Below are positions 12,851 to 25,720 of a stretch of 64,000 bases of DNA, piece after piece. Source of the stretch: Mobula hypostoma (lineage: Eukaryota). The translations under genes and the position numbers were made by a program. The notes beneath the pieces are model-generated. The model saw nothing but the letters and a program-made list of their open reading frames with translations, did not search any database and had not been told where the DNA came from. The stretch covers positions 45,262,001 through 45,326,000 of the forward strand of contig NC_086108.1 in assembly GCF_963921235.1 (NCBI RefSeq), read 5' to 3'. Every line of letters begins with the position of its first letter. Positions within the stretch are counted from its first letter, which is position 1.

Positions 12851-15039
12851 GCCTTCAAAGAAATTTCTAGTTCTTAATGTTTTCCTAAACTGTTGGAGCA
12901 CTCAGAATCAAATTTACCTCTTTAATTTGTATTCCAGTCCCTCGTTAATCTTTTTAATTTGAACTGCACTGAACAGAGTTAATATTCTTAATTCACCTGC
13001 ATCATCTTGTTGCTTTCCTGCATCTTTAGTATTAGAATAAGAACGATTAATGAAATCATGTTCTTGCTCAGATCAAAATTATGGAGCTTTACTCAGAAAT
13101 CTGCTTGCTTCATTCATAAAGTGCTCAGTCTGTAAGAAGTTCTGCTCATTATTACTTGTTTCTTGGTGCTATGGGAGATGATTAGAGATCAAAATGGCTT
13201 CTGCTCATCTGGCAAAATTTTGCTGTGAATCATTCTGTAACACCATTCTTGTAAAAGTGATTGTGCCAATGAGAATAACTCCCCCCCCCCCCACAAATAA
13301 TCAACATGCAGTGTTCATTTGAAATTATCTCAGCTATTTTAGAGTTCTAGCCTCCAGTTGATGCCATCTTTAAGTCTTGCACAGTTGCCAATACACTCAG
13401 CAGCATTGTGGCATCAGCAACATACTGAAAAGTAGCATCAATGTTACATAGGGTGATCAGCAATTGCTTACAGGTTAGTTGCCAAGTGATTTCTTCTAGT
13501 TGGTAGTAAGATTGCTCTTAACACAGTTAAGATACAAGCTACAAAAATCCAGGGGAAGCATTGTGGCAGTGACTGAAGGACTTTTTGATGACTTCACGGA
13601 ATTTGGATTTTGAATTTGTTGCCAGACATGGGTGCCTAAGGGGAAGAAGGAAATGTGAAAATGAAATAAAGGCAGCCCTCAGGCACCTACACCATGCATG
13701 AACAACTAATTTGAGTGTAGTGCCAATAACTGAAGTCTAAACTCCCTCCGATTGGCAATCCTTACCTTCCCTTTGTCACTGACATTAAAACATTCTCTTG
13801 GCCAAAATGTGAAAATAAATGCAACTATGAAGTTTGAATTTCCAAACCAAATATAGAAGGAAACCATGACAGATGTTAACTAATCTCTCTTGTGTGTTCA
13901 CATATTCCTTAGGCCTTTGTTTGTCTGGTGTCCCCATAAAGTACATCTCTTGGCAACAGCATACCTGGCAGAAGGCTATTGAGATTATTGGTGGAGACTC
14001 CCGTTGCCCTTGGCCAATGATCACGTGCAACTCTAGAACTAGCTGTTTCAAACTGCATTATATTGGCATGAGTTCAGCAATTTGAGCTGGCCTGTATGTG
14101 AGCAATGGTAAAAGCAGTAACAGAATAGTGGAGATAAAAGTGTGCATGCAATAATCCATAGAAAGGCCGTCAGGCTCATGCTGCTTGGAACTGCAGACAC
14201 TTTTCCTGGGTTGATGTTTCAGTAATCCAACAAATTGGATGGTGACACTTTCCACCTCTGGTTTCTACGGCCATGATAACTGTGATCACGCATGCCTTCC
14301 ACCGCAACACACACATTCCTGGCAGAGCTGCTTCTGAAGCGAAGTAAAATGCCACAAGCACTGGAGTGCTTGTGAAGCTGGCCTTCACCTCTATGTTGGA
14401 AAAGATGGACTTTAAGCTCTGCACAAACTACTGTGCCAAGTTCAGTTTCCCTCATGCTGATTAACATGATTTCTGGCATCTATGTCTATTTATTTAGAGA
14501 TTATTTAGAGATTTGAGTTTCTCCGTATGTTCGTCCACCACCTTTAGTGTAACTTGTCCCAGCAAACCCTCAGTTGAGTCCTGTGCTGACATCAGTCTTG
14601 ACACCCGAATTGCCGTCTTCCTGTGCCAGGCCACAAGTCACTCATGATCATTGACACCCCAGATCCTGGGCTAACCTCTAATTAGCTGCAGCCAGTGATG
14701 GTTTCTAAGCTAATGATTGTTAGTGTGAAATTAATAGACGGTGTGCTTTCATTACTCTTGTTCCTCGCTGCCAAGCCACAATATTTTTCTTGGGTAACTA
14801 AAAAGAGAAAGTTGCAATGAGGGATATCCATAAAATAATTGCAATATACAAGCATGAAAGAGTTGTGAATAAGAAGGAAGATTGAGAGAGTGTCATCTTT
14901 GATTGACTTGGCTTGTCACTAGGCTAGCCAGGGATATTCCGAAATATTTTTAATATTGTCTCTATTGCCAAGGATAGATTCTGTGGTGCCTTATCCTGCA
15001 ATAAAGAAGGGAATAAGTTGTGCGATATATTTAAGGCAA

Positions 15040-15500
15040 TAAGACCATAAGATGCTGGAGCAGAATTAGGTCATTTGGCCTACTGAGTCTGTTCTGCCAC
15101 TTTATCATGGTTAATCCATTTCCCTCTCAGCCCCATCTCCTGCTTTCTTCCTGTATCCCTTCATGCTCTGACTAATCAAGAATCTATCAACCTCTGCCTT
15201 TCATATACCCAATGACTTGGCCTCCACAGCCATCTGTGGCATTGAATTCCACAGATTCACCACTCCCTGGTTAAAGAAATTACTCCTTATCTCCATTCTA
15301 AATGGACATCCCTCTATTCTGAAGCTGCATTCTCTGGTCCTAGACTCCCCATCATAGGAAACATCCTCTCCAAGTCCACTCTACTGAGGCCCTTCAACAT
15401 TCAATAGTTTTCAATGAGATCTCCCCTCATTCTTCTGAATTCTATTGAGTACAGGCCCAGAGCCATCAAAAGCTCCTCTTATGATAAGCCTCTTAATTGT
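15040..15500 (-). mobile_element. CR1 3' fragment, decayed
   Basis: Matches the CR1 3' ends at 53715 and 55010 (taagaccataaga...gcagaattagg; gaattccacagattcaccac). Confidence 0.8.
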
Positions 15501-16415
15501 GGATGTTACCAGTGGTTAATGATGAATTGTTGGAAGTTTTGAAGCTGAGTCTGCATGTCTGAGGAGGAGAATTTTCAAGTACGAGCTTCAGTTGATAGGG
15601 ATTGTTGGTGTCCAAAGAATGGAGTTGTGGTAAACTGCATAGTCTTTGAAGATTATGATGCATTTGGAATATGCACTTGATATGTATCCCTTTCTGTCTG
15701 AGATTATTGACTTTATTTGTCCAAGTCCTTGGAATTTACCTGTGATTAACTGATCCCATAGTCTTTTGAATAACTAGTTAGAAGGCTTTATGGCCACCAA
15801 TTTATTTTAGATACCGTTCACTTTTTCCCCTCCAACAAGACCACCACCATGGTATCCAAAGTTCTTGCAGTTCTCTTTCTCCAATGTCGTTCCACCCTTA
15901 GTGTTTCCTATATTATGTTCATTTGCTACAAGACTTTCAATTCTCAACAAGACTTTCAATTCGCAACACATTTCAGATTAATGAACTACCAGCCATCTTT
16001 AGCTGGTGCTTGCCATTGATGTTTTGGATCTCCTTGCTGATACAGTGGTTATTGTTGACTCCATGCAATCAAATGTGTTGATCAGTAGATAACAAAACAA
16101 TGACACCATTTACATCTCAATAAACAGCCATTGTGATCCTTGTTTTTTGGTAGTTATCCAATTGAGCCATCTTTTACATTTCAAGAAGCTACAGTGAACT
16201 CCATGCATTATTCTCATCTAACAGTATCTCATGAAAGATGCAGGTTGTTCAAAGCATGGAAGAAACTTCACAGAAGCTCCTAAATTTTGTTTTCAAAGTT
16301 CACTAAAGGTATTGTGAAACAGTGAAATGTGCCAGGTTTGTTGCTTCTCCACTCTGTGTGTCAATCGAGCGGTCTGAAATACACAGTTTTCCTTTGTGTT
16401 ACTTTTTTATTGCAG

Positions 16416-16470
16416 CTACAAAGAAGCTGTATGGGCAACCTATTGTTTTCAGTGTGAAGCTTTTTGCTAA
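16416..16470 (+). CDS. Candidate terminal coding exon portion (G-YKEAVWATYCFQCEAFC*)
   Basis: Strong acceptor ttttcctttgtgttacttttttattgcag. The phase-2 reading continues the 7987-8155 candidate to TAA at 16468-16470. Confidence 0.25.
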
Positions 16471-19179
16471 AAAATGTTTATCGTTAACTCTGCAACTCAC
16501 GATTTTACACAAAGGAGCGTATTTTCTACTACCATGCGCATGCTGGGCCATGCTATTTCTTCTGACATTGCAGTCTTCCACGGGGAGATCTGTAGGGATG
16601 GCATGCATTGAGATACTACAGTAAGTGAAGGCTGAGTAAGGTGTTACAGTTACAGAGAAAGTGCAGTGCAACCAGACAGTAAAGTGCAGCAAGTGCCGTA
16701 ACGAAGTAGATTGTGAAGTCAATAATCCATTTTATAGTTCACCATTCGGTAGTCCATTCACTAGGAATAGAAGCTGTCCTCTTGAGCCTGGTGATAGGTA
16801 TTGAGCACAAAACACCAGGCAGTCAAGATATATTTTTATTAGTGTTGAGGACTGACTTCTGGATGTACAAACAGCCAGAACATTTGCAAACAGATATATC
16901 CTAAACTATGTATCAAATGGCAGAAATCTGTTTTTAATTATGTGTCAGTTCATTAGATGACCACTTAATACCTTCATTGATGTCATGGGGGAGGGGGTTT
17001 CAATGAAAGTCAATTTATTTGTCCTCCCCTGTGTAGCTCTAATGGTACAGAATCAGAATATGCCAGGCTACATAATTGGTTTTGATGGCCTTAAAATATT
17101 ATTGGATGTTAGAGTATAATGTGTTGTTATACAAGTATTAGTAAAGGTGATTGCCTTGTTAATTTCCTAATAGAATCTGTTAGCGGATCTCCCATGTTAA
17201 ACTGGCAATCTACAAACTTAACAGACAGTTGTGCAGGGAGGTTACATGTAAACAATATTTTTTTATAGACTGTTTCTTGCTTTTTATTAATTGACTGCGC
17301 CCCCTATCATTTTTAACTCCTGAAAGATGCCCCATGTCTGACAAACCCTCCCAGGATTTTCCTTCCTAGCATGACAAAGTTATTGCATGTATTTAATTAA
17401 ATACAAATAATTTTGTCAAGCTCTGGTGGTATCGGATTTTTCATGGAAGAGATCTCATGGAACTTACTGTGATTTACTGTTGCCAGTTAAATCATTTAAA
17501 ATAACACTTCAATTTGACCAGGAGAAATCTCAGGTCAGATTCTTGTTCCGCACCAGATGAACTGATCTCAACTGGAACAATGTGCTGCGATTGAATTGGA
17601 CCCAGATCCAGATTTAATTATCGTGTGTATATTGAAACATACAGCAAAATGCATCATTTGTGTTAACAACCAACACAAGCTAAGGATGGGCTGGGGGGTG
17701 GGGGTGGTAGCCCACAAGCGTCACCATTCACTCCTGCACCAACAATCAACAAAACCTTTCCTCCCTCCCACCCATATGTTAAAGCTAACGTAGTTGGTTA
17801 TGAGAATGGTGCAGGTGTGGGGTGAGAATGTGGAAGTTACAGGGGAGAAAGAAGTAGTTTATGTCAAGGTATCCTTCAGCATTGTTATCCTTTTCAGTTT
17901 GGTTGACCTCAGGTGAAATTAGATTGAAGCTAAATCGTCATCCTACTTCAAGGCAAGAAAGAGTCATTTGAGGAAGGGTTGAAAGGCTAGTAAAGAGAAA
18001 TGGAAGAGGAATCCAAAACTAAAGCAGGGGTGTAGAATTCATAAATGTCTGACACAGGTTCCAACATTGATTCAATAGTGTAAGGTACTATGGTGCATTG
18101 CTTTGCCAAAGTTAATATGGTCTGAAGGACTTCTTGCTCTGAAATAGTTATTGGAAAGACAAATCTAACATTTTTATAAAATCATTGAGTTTAACACAAC
18201 ACCAGGATCCAGCCTGCATTACAAAATGTGTTTACCCTGGCAGGATCAAGAAGCTTACAGTGAGGCTGTTCATGCTGCATTCATATGAATACTGCAACAG
18301 GGAGCCAAGAATGCCAAACAGATGATGCTAATGAAAATGAAAAGGATTGCATGATTTGAGGACATTTTATTTAGTGGCATTTATTTACAGTCATATAATT
18401 ATAGAGCTATACAGTATAGAAACGTCTCCTTCAACTGAACTATTTTGTGCTATCCAAGGGGCCTGTCTGAGTTGGTCTCAAGTGCCTGTATTTGGCCCAA
18501 ATCCCTCTAAACATTTCTTAAACATGTACCTGTCTAAATATCTTTTAAATGTTGTCATTTTACCTGCCTCCACCACTTTCTCTGGCAGCTCATTGCATTT
18601 CACCATCACCCTCTGTATGAAAAGCAAGTGAATTCAGTCCCCTTTCATTTTTTCCCATCAACTTAATCATCGGCCCTCTAGTTTTAGACTTCCTTATCCT
18701 GGGGAAAAGACTGTGATCATTCACCTTATCTCTGCCCCTTATGATTTAATATAACTCCATATGGTCACCCCTCAGCCTTCTATACTCCAAGAGAAACAGA
18801 CCCAGCCTTTCCATTCTCTACTTGTAACCCAAGCCATCGTTGTGAACCCTTTCTGCACCTGCACCCTTTCCAGCTTAATGACGCGCTTCCTATAGCTAGG
18901 TGGCCGGAGCTCCTCACAATACTCCAAGTGCAGATTTACTAATGTCCTAACTTTTCTTTTCAAACCCAGACTGATGAAGTCATCAATGCCAAATACTTTC
19001 TTCACTACTCTAACACCTGTGTTGCCACTTTTAGGGAACTGTGTACTTGTACCTCTGGGTCTCTGTTCTATTCTGCTCTTCAGGGCTGTGCCATTAACTG
19101 TATAAGTCCTGTCCTGATTTAACTTCCCAAAATGCAACACTTCACACTTGTTTGCATTAAATTCCATCTGCCGTTCTTT

Positions 19180-19763
19180 CATGGAGGCATCTTGTCCAGT
19201 TCTGTTTTCTCTGGCTGTTGTGGGGTGCGATGAATTGCTGAGTCTTGGACCATGTGGTTGGCACTGAAGAGAGTCTGGAAATGTTCTGACCACCGGTTAA
19301 GGAGGGACGCCTAGTCTGTGAAGAGACCTACCTGATGGCATGAACATTGACTTCTCTAACTTCCGCTAATGCCCCACCTCCCCCTCGTACCCCATCCGTT
19401 ATTTATTTATATACACACATTCTTTCTCTCTCTGTCCTTTTTCTCCCTCTGTCCCTCTGATTATACCCCTTGCCCATCCTCTGGGTTTTCCCTCCTCCCC
19501 CTTTTTCTTCTCCCTGGGCCTCCTGTCCCATGATCCTCTCATATCCCTTTTGTCAATCACCTGTCCAGCTCTCGGCTCCACCCCTCCCCCTCCTGTCTTC
19601 TCCTATCCTTTTGGATCTCCCCCTCCCCCTCCCACTTTCAAATCTCTTACTAACTCTTCCTTCAGTTAGTCCTGATGAAGGGTCTCGGCCTGAAACGTCG
19701 ACTGTACTTCTTCCTAGAGATGCTGCCTGGCCTGCTGCGTTCACCAGCAACTTTGATGTGTGT
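19180..19763. mobile_element. Chimeric insertion: RTE internal fragment plus Penelope-like tail, with 11-bp TSD
   Basis: About 19189-19325 closely matches RTE 22118-22254. 19340-19763 is a Penelope-like tail. Flanks are TGCCGTTCTTT (19169-19179) and TGCCATTCTTT (19764-19774). Confidence 0.8.
19667..19704 (+). ncRNA. Minimal hammerhead ribozyme motif (Penelope-associated)
   Basis: TAGTC-CTGATGA-AGG gtctcgg CCT-GAAA-CGTC-GACTG: intact CUGAUGA and GAAA core, stem I TAGTC/GACTG, stem II AGG/CCT, palindromic ACGT in place of stem III, GUC triplet ending at 19699. Confidence 0.75.
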
Positions 19764-19989
19764 TGCCATTCTTTAGCCTACTTTCCCAGTTGATTAAGAT
19801 CCTGTTGTAACCTTAGATAACCTTTTATTTCTATCCACTGTACCACCAACTTTGGAGTTAACTTACTAATTATTGCCACATACATTCTCATCTCAGTCAT
19901 TAAACAGATGACGAACAAGATAGAACCTAGCGCAGATCCATTTGAAACACAAACAGGAGGCAATCTTCAGATGTTGGAAATTCAACATT

Positions 19990-20126
19990 ACACACAAAAA
20001 TGCTGGAGGAACTCAGCAGGCCGGACAGCATCTATGGAAAAGAGTACAGTCGACATTTCAGGACTGCAGGGTCTTTTCCATAGATGCTGCCTGGCCTGCT
20101 GAGTTCCTCCAGCATTTTCTGTGTGT
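19990..20126. repeat. Fold-back of Penelope-like terminal module (arms about 54 bp)
   Basis: acacacaaaaatgctggaggaactcagcaggccggacagcatctatggaaaaga (19990-20043) is inverted at 20072-20126. Confidence 0.85.
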
Positions 20127-20345
20127 GTTGCTTTCCATTTGAAATACGACTGGCTACAGGCCTCCATTCAGGAAAACACCTCTGCACTACCACTCTCAGA
20201 CTCTGGCCACCAAGACAATTTTGTATCCAATTGACCAGTTCACTCTGGATCCCATATGATATAGCTTTCAGTTAGCAGGACCTTATCAAAGGCTTTCCCA
20301 AAGTCTATGTATCACTCTGCCTTCTTCCCATATCAATCCATTTGG

Positions 20346-22845
20346 CTCTCTCTTCATCATCATGGCTTGGCTTCACGAACGAAGGTTTAGGAAGGGGGCT
20401 GCCCACATCTACTGCAGGCTCGCTGGTGGCTGACGTGGCCAATATGGGACAGGCAGGTCTGGCCACAGTGGCTGCAAGGGAAATTCTGTTCTGGGTTTGG
20501 TGCTGCTGTGTCACCATTCTTCCTCCTTCTCCTTTTGTCCTCAATGCCAGCCCTGCGTGTGTTCTCGAAGGAGGAGATAGACAGGTGAATGGTGTGCCGC
20601 CAGGCCTCGTGATTGGAGGCTAGATTAGACCACTGGCGATGGTCAATGTGACAAGCACCAAGGGATTTCTTCAGAGAGTCCTTGTACCTCTTCTTCGGTG
20701 CCCCTCTGTCATGGTGGCATGTGGAGAGTTCGCCATACAACACAATCTTGGCCAGGCGATGATCCTCCATCATGTACCCTGCCCAGCACAGCTGCATCTT
20801 CAACAGCATGGCCTCGATGCTGGTGACCCCTGCCTGTTCGAGGACTTCGATGTTGGTGACGAAGTCACTGTTGAGAATGGTGCAGAGGCAGCACTGGTGG
20901 AAACGCTCGAGTTGTAGTTGGAGACGGTAGGTGACCCAGGACTCGGAGCCATACAGAGGGTGGTCAGTACAACGGCTCTGTACACACTGATCTTTGTGCC
21001 TTTCTTCAAATGCCTGTTGTTCCAGACTCTTTCCCTGCCGAATGCGCTGTTTGCCTTTGCCAGTCTGTTGTCAATCTCTTTGTCGATTTTGGCATCTGAC
21101 GAGATGGTGCACCCCAGGTAGCTGAACCGGTGGACTGTCTTCAGCTCTACCTCACCGATGGTGATGTGGGGAGGGTGGTAATCTTCCTGAGGTGCGGGCT
21201 GATGGAGAACTTCTGTCTTCTTCAAGCTGACTTCCAGTCCGAAGAGCTCGGCAGCCTCTGCGAAGCAGGATGTTATACGCTGCAGGGCTGTCTCTGTGTG
21301 GGCAACAAGGGCAGCATCATCAGCGAAGAGTAGCTCTCGGATGAGTTGCTCCAATGTCTTGGTGTGGAACTGTAGTTGCCTCAGGTTGAATAGGCTGCCA
21401 TCGGTGTGGTATTGGATGTAGACACCGTCCTCGTCATCAAGGTCTTCTGTGGCCCTTTCAAGCATCATGCTGAAGAAGATGGTGAAGAGAGTCTGCGTGA
21501 GGAAGCAGCCTTGCTTTACTCCGTTGCCTATTGGGAAGGTTTCTGAGAGGTCGTTGGCCACTCTGATCTTCATGTAGCTGGATGACCAAGCTGAGGAACT
21601 TTGGGGGGCATCCCAGTCGTTCTATGATTTGCGCAGACCTTCCCTGCTCACGGTGTCGAACGCTTTGGTAAGGTTGACGAATGTCACGTACAATCCCTTG
21701 TTCTGTTCCCTACATTTCTCTTGGAGCTGCCTGAGAACAAATAACATGTCGGTGGTGCTCCTGTTGGCTCTGAAGCCACACTGGCTCTCTGGGAGGTGTT
21801 CTTCTACAATGATGGGCACCAATCTGTTCAGGAGTACTCTTGCGAGGATTTTTCCTGCGATAGAGAGCAGAGTTATCCCCTGGTAGTTGGAGCAGTCGTA
21901 CTTTTCCTCCTTGTTCTTATACAGGGTGATGAAGACTGCATCACGAAGGTCCTGTGGTTGTTTACCTTGTTCCCAGCAGCAGACAAAGAACTCATGGAGT
22001 TTGGTGTGTAACGCTGGGCCCCATGCTTCCAAATCTCAGGTGAGATTCCATCAACTCCTGCTGCCTTGCCACTTTTCAGCTGCTCTGTGGCCTTGACTGT
22101 CTCTTCTAGGGTTGGAATCTTGTCCAGTTCTGTTTTCTTTGGCTGTTGTGGGATGCGATGAATTGCTGAGTCTTGGACCATGCGGTTGGCACTGAAGAGA
22201 GTCTGGAAATGTTCTGACCACCGGTTAAGGATGGACGCCTAGTCTGCGAAGAGCGCCTGACTGCACTGCGCAAGGGACTCTGGACCTGGTGCGAAGGGCC
22301 GTACATCGCTCTCAGGGCTTCATAAAACCCTCTGTAGTCATTGGTGTCTGCACAAAGCTGAGTTCTCTTTGCGAGGTTGGTTCACCAGACATTCTGAATC
22401 TCTTGAAACTTGCGCTGGAGGTTGCTGCATACAAGACAGAAGGCTGCTTTCTTATCAGGACAAGTCAGCTGAGCAAGATGCGCCTGGTGGGCGGATGTCT
22501 TCTTTGCCAGCAATTCTTGGATCTCCTGGTTGTTTTCATTGAGCCAGTCCTTGTTCTTCCTTGTGGAAAACCCTAGGACTTCTTCAGAGGTTTGCAGGAT
22601 GGTGGTTTTTAGGTGTTCCCAAAGCACTTCTGGAGAGGAGTCTGTAGGGAAACTGGGATCCTGAAGCCTAGACTGAAGATTCGTCTGGAAGTCAGTTTTC
22701 ACTTCAGCTGACTGGAGATTGCCAACCTGAAACTTCTTCCTTGGAGCGCCTCCTCTCTCTGGCTTGGGTTTGAAATAGAGACTGAGTTTGCAGCGGACAA
22801 GACGATGGTCCATATGACACTGCACTGGGCATCACTCGGGTGAGT
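20346..22845 (-). mobile_element. RTE-clade LINE, 5'-truncated, frameshifted (APE end + RT + C-terminus)
   Basis: DHRLVRCKL, NYQGITLLSIAGKILAR, ESQCGFRANRST, GVKQGC, LLFADDAAL and FPCSHCGQTC; 3' end GAAGCCAAGCCATGATGATGAAGAGAGAG. Confidence 0.93.
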
Positions 22846-24974
22846 AAGACATCCCGAATTCGGCTACCTCTTCAAGATACTCTATTGAATTCATGGGGTA
22901 CCATTTCTCACACACTAAGGCATGCTGATTATCCTAGTCAGTCATTCTCTTTCCAAGTGCTGGTAGAGTCTGTCTCTCAGAATCCCTTTCAATCCCACCT
23001 GTCATTCTCCAGTCTTCCAGTACTTCACATGTGGCTAATGTTACAGGGAAGTCTGAATTGCAACTATTAGTCAATATCTTGCATATAGCTATCACCACCT
23101 CTGGCATGCTTATGGGCTCAGCAGGATAGATCCATAGCTTTAGATATACGAAGGAAGGTAGCCCTGGTGGGGGTGGGGGGTGTATTCAAAATTTACTCTT
23201 ATTGCTTGGAATTTCACCAGACAGATAAGGCGAAGGAAATTTGGTGATTGTCACTTACAGTTCACCCTCAACTGATGAATGAGATCTTTCATATTTAGCA
23301 TTCTTTGTAGATACAGTCAGGAAAGAAAAGGTATAGTTTTAGTTTACTTTGAACACTAAGTAACCACCACTAAGAATGATTCGACAGTATCACCAACAGT
23401 GCTTCATCATATGATGAAAATTCATTATATCATAGGATTGATCTAAAGGACTGTCAAGTATTTACTATTGTTTCAAAATACGATCTGTATCAAGTCTTTT
23501 GGTTACATACTCGATAGTGTGATACAACACTTCCACTAATGAAAATGGATCAAACCTGGTAATAAGGAATGATTCTGCAGACGCTGGAATCGGGAGCAAC
23601 AAGCACTCTGCTGGAGGAGCTCGGTGGGTCAAGCAGCATCTGTGGGAGGAAAGAAATGTTGACTTTTCCGGTCAAAGCCTTGCATCAGTGATAGATGGTA
23701 GTACGGACTGATGAACTATGAGACATGTGAATGTCAGGTATATATCAGCACCATCTATTATTTCATATTCAGCAGTATCTAGTCAGTTACATTTTGGTAG
23801 TGGAAATCTTTTAGAAACTTCAATACAGGGTCATCACCTAGAGGAAAATGGCTTAATAAGGACAGGCCAGTATTGAATTCTTCAGGGTAAATTGTATTTA
23901 AAGAATGAGGTAATTTAATTTTTTTAGCAAATTGAGCCATCTTTTGCATGCATGATTGTTTCACAAAGGCCCACCTATTTTTAGACTATGTAATTTACTT
24001 CTGGACTCCGTACCTACCAGAGCTTTCCTATCAGTCTTAACTGCTTTCCTTATCAAATCATCCATGAAACCTTCTAAATAATTTGGAAAAATCTCTTACT
24101 ATCTCTATTATTTAATGCATACTATTCGGATATCTTTGATTTCATCAAAACGAAATGAGTTTTTTTCAAAGATATGGTAACTCTTTTCAGTATTCCATTT
24201 GTGGTCCAACTGCTGTCTTGTAGAATATTTCAAATGAGTTTATGTTCTGTGTACATAGACCCAAACTCTCTTTAAACTGCTAAAATAAAAGCAGAAAATG
24301 CTGCAAATTCCCATCAGGTTCGGCTGCATCTTTTGGAAAAGAAATTGTGTTAGCATTTTGTCAGAACTGGGAAGGAGATTTTAAAAAATGCTAATTAAAC
24401 TATAGGGTGGATGGAGAATGTCTCTGTTGTGGTTAAACCAGGTGAACATTTCCTCTTTCTCTTCCCACGAGTTGTACTTCACACTGACCTACTTGATATT
24501 TCCCAGCATTTTCAATTTTTATTTTAGATTTTCATCATGTGCAGTTTTTCTTTTGGATTTTCACTTAACGGACCATTTTTACTTCCCTGTCTTAGAAATT
24601 ATACTACAAGTTTTCCAGGTACCTAAGGCAATAAACACATTTGCCATCATTGAAATCCTGGTTTGTTGCAGTTTGACCTATTCCTTTAATCTATTAATAA
24701 TACAATAATAATTTTACATGGTCCTGCATGGTAGTTTGGTCCCAAAGGTGAGATCACTTGGGATCCAGGATGAACTGGACAATTACATTTAAAGTTGTCT
24801 TGGTGGTAGAAGTCAGAGATTGGTACTGGAAGATTTTTGTTTGATTGGATGCCTGTGACTAGCTGTGTGCTGCAGAGATCTGTGGGCTTGGTCCCCTCTT
24901 GTTGGTTTGGATGGAATGTATGTAGCATAGTAAGTTTGGGGGTGACACCAAAGAGAACAGTGAAGAAGGTTATC

Positions 24975-25720
24975 AGGGTGCCCACCTGACGTAGTTCCAT
25001 TTGCTTGAACTTTGCCTATATCCTGATAAACCCTTCAAATTCATGTGCCTGTCCAAATGTCTCTTAAATGTTGTAATTGTACCCACCTCCATCATTTTCT
25101 TTAGCAGCTCATTTCACATACACTCATGATTATATAAACCTCTATAAGATCACCTCTCAGCCTCCTTTATTCCAGGGAAAACATTTCCCACCTATCCAGC
25201 CTGAAATCCTCAAATCACAGCAACATCCTTGCAAACTTCTTCTGCATCCTCTCTACTTTAATCACAACCTTACTATAGCTAGGCAACCAGAGCTGCACAT
25301 GATGCTGCAAGTGTGATTTCACCAACATGTTGTATACCTGAAATACAAGATTCCAACTCTTGTACACAGTGGCCCAGCTGGAAACCAAGCATGCCATATG
25401 CTTTCTTTACCATCCTGTCAACCTGTGTCACTTTCAGGGAACTGTATACTTATACCCCTGAGTCTCTGTAGTACAATAATCCTTGGCCATCATATTTATT
25501 TTTTATGTCTTACCCTAGTACATCATTTCAGATTTTTATGAGGTAAGTTTCTTCTGTCATTCCCTTGCCCACTTTTCCCATTGATCTAGATCTTCTTGTA
25601 CAATTAGACAACCTTCTTCACTGTTCACTATATTACTATTACTGGTGTCACCTGAAAGCTTACTAGACATGTCACCTGCATTGTTATCCAGATTGTTAAT
25701 ATACATGACTCTTGCCAAAT
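24975..25720 (-). mobile_element. Old CR1 fragment
   Basis: Degenerate LVKSHLQHHVQLW and VERMQKKFARML; SKLSGDT (a KFADDT remnant). Confidence 0.7.

Larger units (their letters stand above)
18390..20300 (-). mobile_element. Decayed CR1 RT/3' end carrying nested insertions
   Basis: QMEFNANKCEVLHFG and LVNLHLEYC in ORF 18772-19293; interrupted at 19180-19763 and about 19950-20130. Confidence 0.85.

Noticed and set aside
13785..14479. Cluster of short ORFs in non-repeat sequence
   Set aside because: No recognisable protein; an acceptor at 13912 exists but all frames close before a good donor.
18772..19293. 173-aa ORF
   Set aside because: Out-of-frame RTE fragment joined to decayed CR1 RT.
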